From positions 1 through 36,159 of the forward strand of contig JBBMKC010196164.1 in NCBI GenBank assembly GCA_037834085.1: 36,159 bases of DNA. The letters are read 5' to 3'. The notes under the pieces were generated by a model, which had not been told where the DNA came from, did no database searches, and saw only the letters and a program-made list of their open reading frames with translations. This document shows, one piece after another, positions 35,131 to 36,159 of this stretch (the first letter of the stretch is position 1; the number at the start of each line of letters is the position of its first letter). The stretch is from Bipalium vagum. Taxonomy: Eukaryota. The position numbers and the translations under genes were made by a program.

Positions 35131-36159
35131 TAATTTAATGTATTTAATTTAATTTTAAATAATTATATTTCATGTTAAATTTAATGTTTTTCTTATTTGA
35201 CTTGTTATTTTTAGATAGAATTAGGAAAATTTGTGTTTTAAATAAAATGTGCATTTTTTAGGTCCTAAAGCAACCTTTGATAATCAGGAAATTGTTGAAA
35301 AAGATGAATTAACAAAGAAGAAAGTTGATATTGATTTGTGTAAAATACTAAAAAAATCAGAAGATGTTCTAGCATTAAGTCGGTTAAATTATGAATCAGA
35401 CATCTTCAGATTGTGAAATCCAAACAAATTACCGTGAACAATACAACTTGAGAAGATCAGAGACATGAAAATATCTAATGGAGAAAATCTGAATGTGAGA
35501 TACACTATTTCGATTTTTTTTATGTATGTAAGTGTTTGCTTGGTTCGACGCTTACTGCGAGATTTAATCTCGAAAATATAAAAATGCTAACTCTATTAAT
35601 ATAGGTTAGAACTGGGCTCACCAACTACGTCAAAGGTAGTGTAACAAATAGGTGTTCTAAGATACGACTAAGTTCAATTAAAATAACTAAGATGACACGT
35701 ATTTTTTTACAAAAATATTTTTTGTATAACTATTACAAATCTTTATATCACAGTTATTATAATATCAATTAATTAATTAATATCTTCTTGGTTTTATGAT
35801 AACCCAAGAAGCCCTGATGACAAAAATACGTATTCTGTTGCCTAGAGCGAAGCAGAATCGATTTAGCAAGAGAACAAATAAAATAAATAAGAAAATGATT
35901 AAAACGATGTACTGCAGAGTATTTGCTCTGAATACGTTAGATAAATAAATAATTATTATTATTCTCAAAAGAGATCAAATATAAAATAGACTATTGCTAT
36001 TTTCTTTACCTTTTAAAATTACCGGCGTCTTAATTATCTTTTTATTGAATAGCTATCTGCGTATTCTTCAGATTAATTAAGGGCGAATTGAATGAGAAAA
36101 TCATGAGCTTATATACTCCTGATTTTCACATTCCTGATCTCTTGATTGGTGGAAAATAA

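Noticed and set aside
35805-35935. CTGATGA plus a hairpin and downstream CTGA, as a hammerhead ribozyme or C/D snoRNA
   Set aside because: No stem II/GAAA/stem III arrangement for a hammerhead and no terminal stem for a snoRNA.
16037-35968. Many 60-110 aa F/I/L/K/N-rich ORFs in the track
   Set aside because: Their composition reflects AT-rich non-coding DNA or TE debris, and many start at TTG/GTG, which is not appropriate here.

Overview
This is very AT-rich animal genomic DNA with spliceosomal introns, so the ORF track's TTG/GTG starts and most of its short ORFs are not meaningful. A lophotrochozoan such as a flatworm is a weak guess. Three host genes can be rebuilt from the sequence. (1) The 5' part of histidine ammonia-lyase (HAL, minus strand, 4 coding exons, running off the left edge) contains a GT-AG intron with a perfect minor-spliceosome (U12) donor. 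(2) An orphan rhodopsin-class GPCR (minus strand) has an intronless CDS and unusual TM1/TM7 substitutions. (3) A 6-exon, 735-aa GH20 beta-N-acetylhexosaminidase (plus strand) has an N-terminal hydrophobic anchor and a long stem. Most remaining sequence is decayed Tc1/mariner-superfamily transposons (mariner, Tc1, Tc3-like, pogo, DD37E, DD41D-like), including a mariner MITE whose 5' end is an inverted copy of its own 3' end. I see no CRISPR, rRNA, tRNA or multi-gene novel system. The best leads are the U12 intron with a possible twintron, the atypical GH20 and GPCR residues, and the fold-back MITE.
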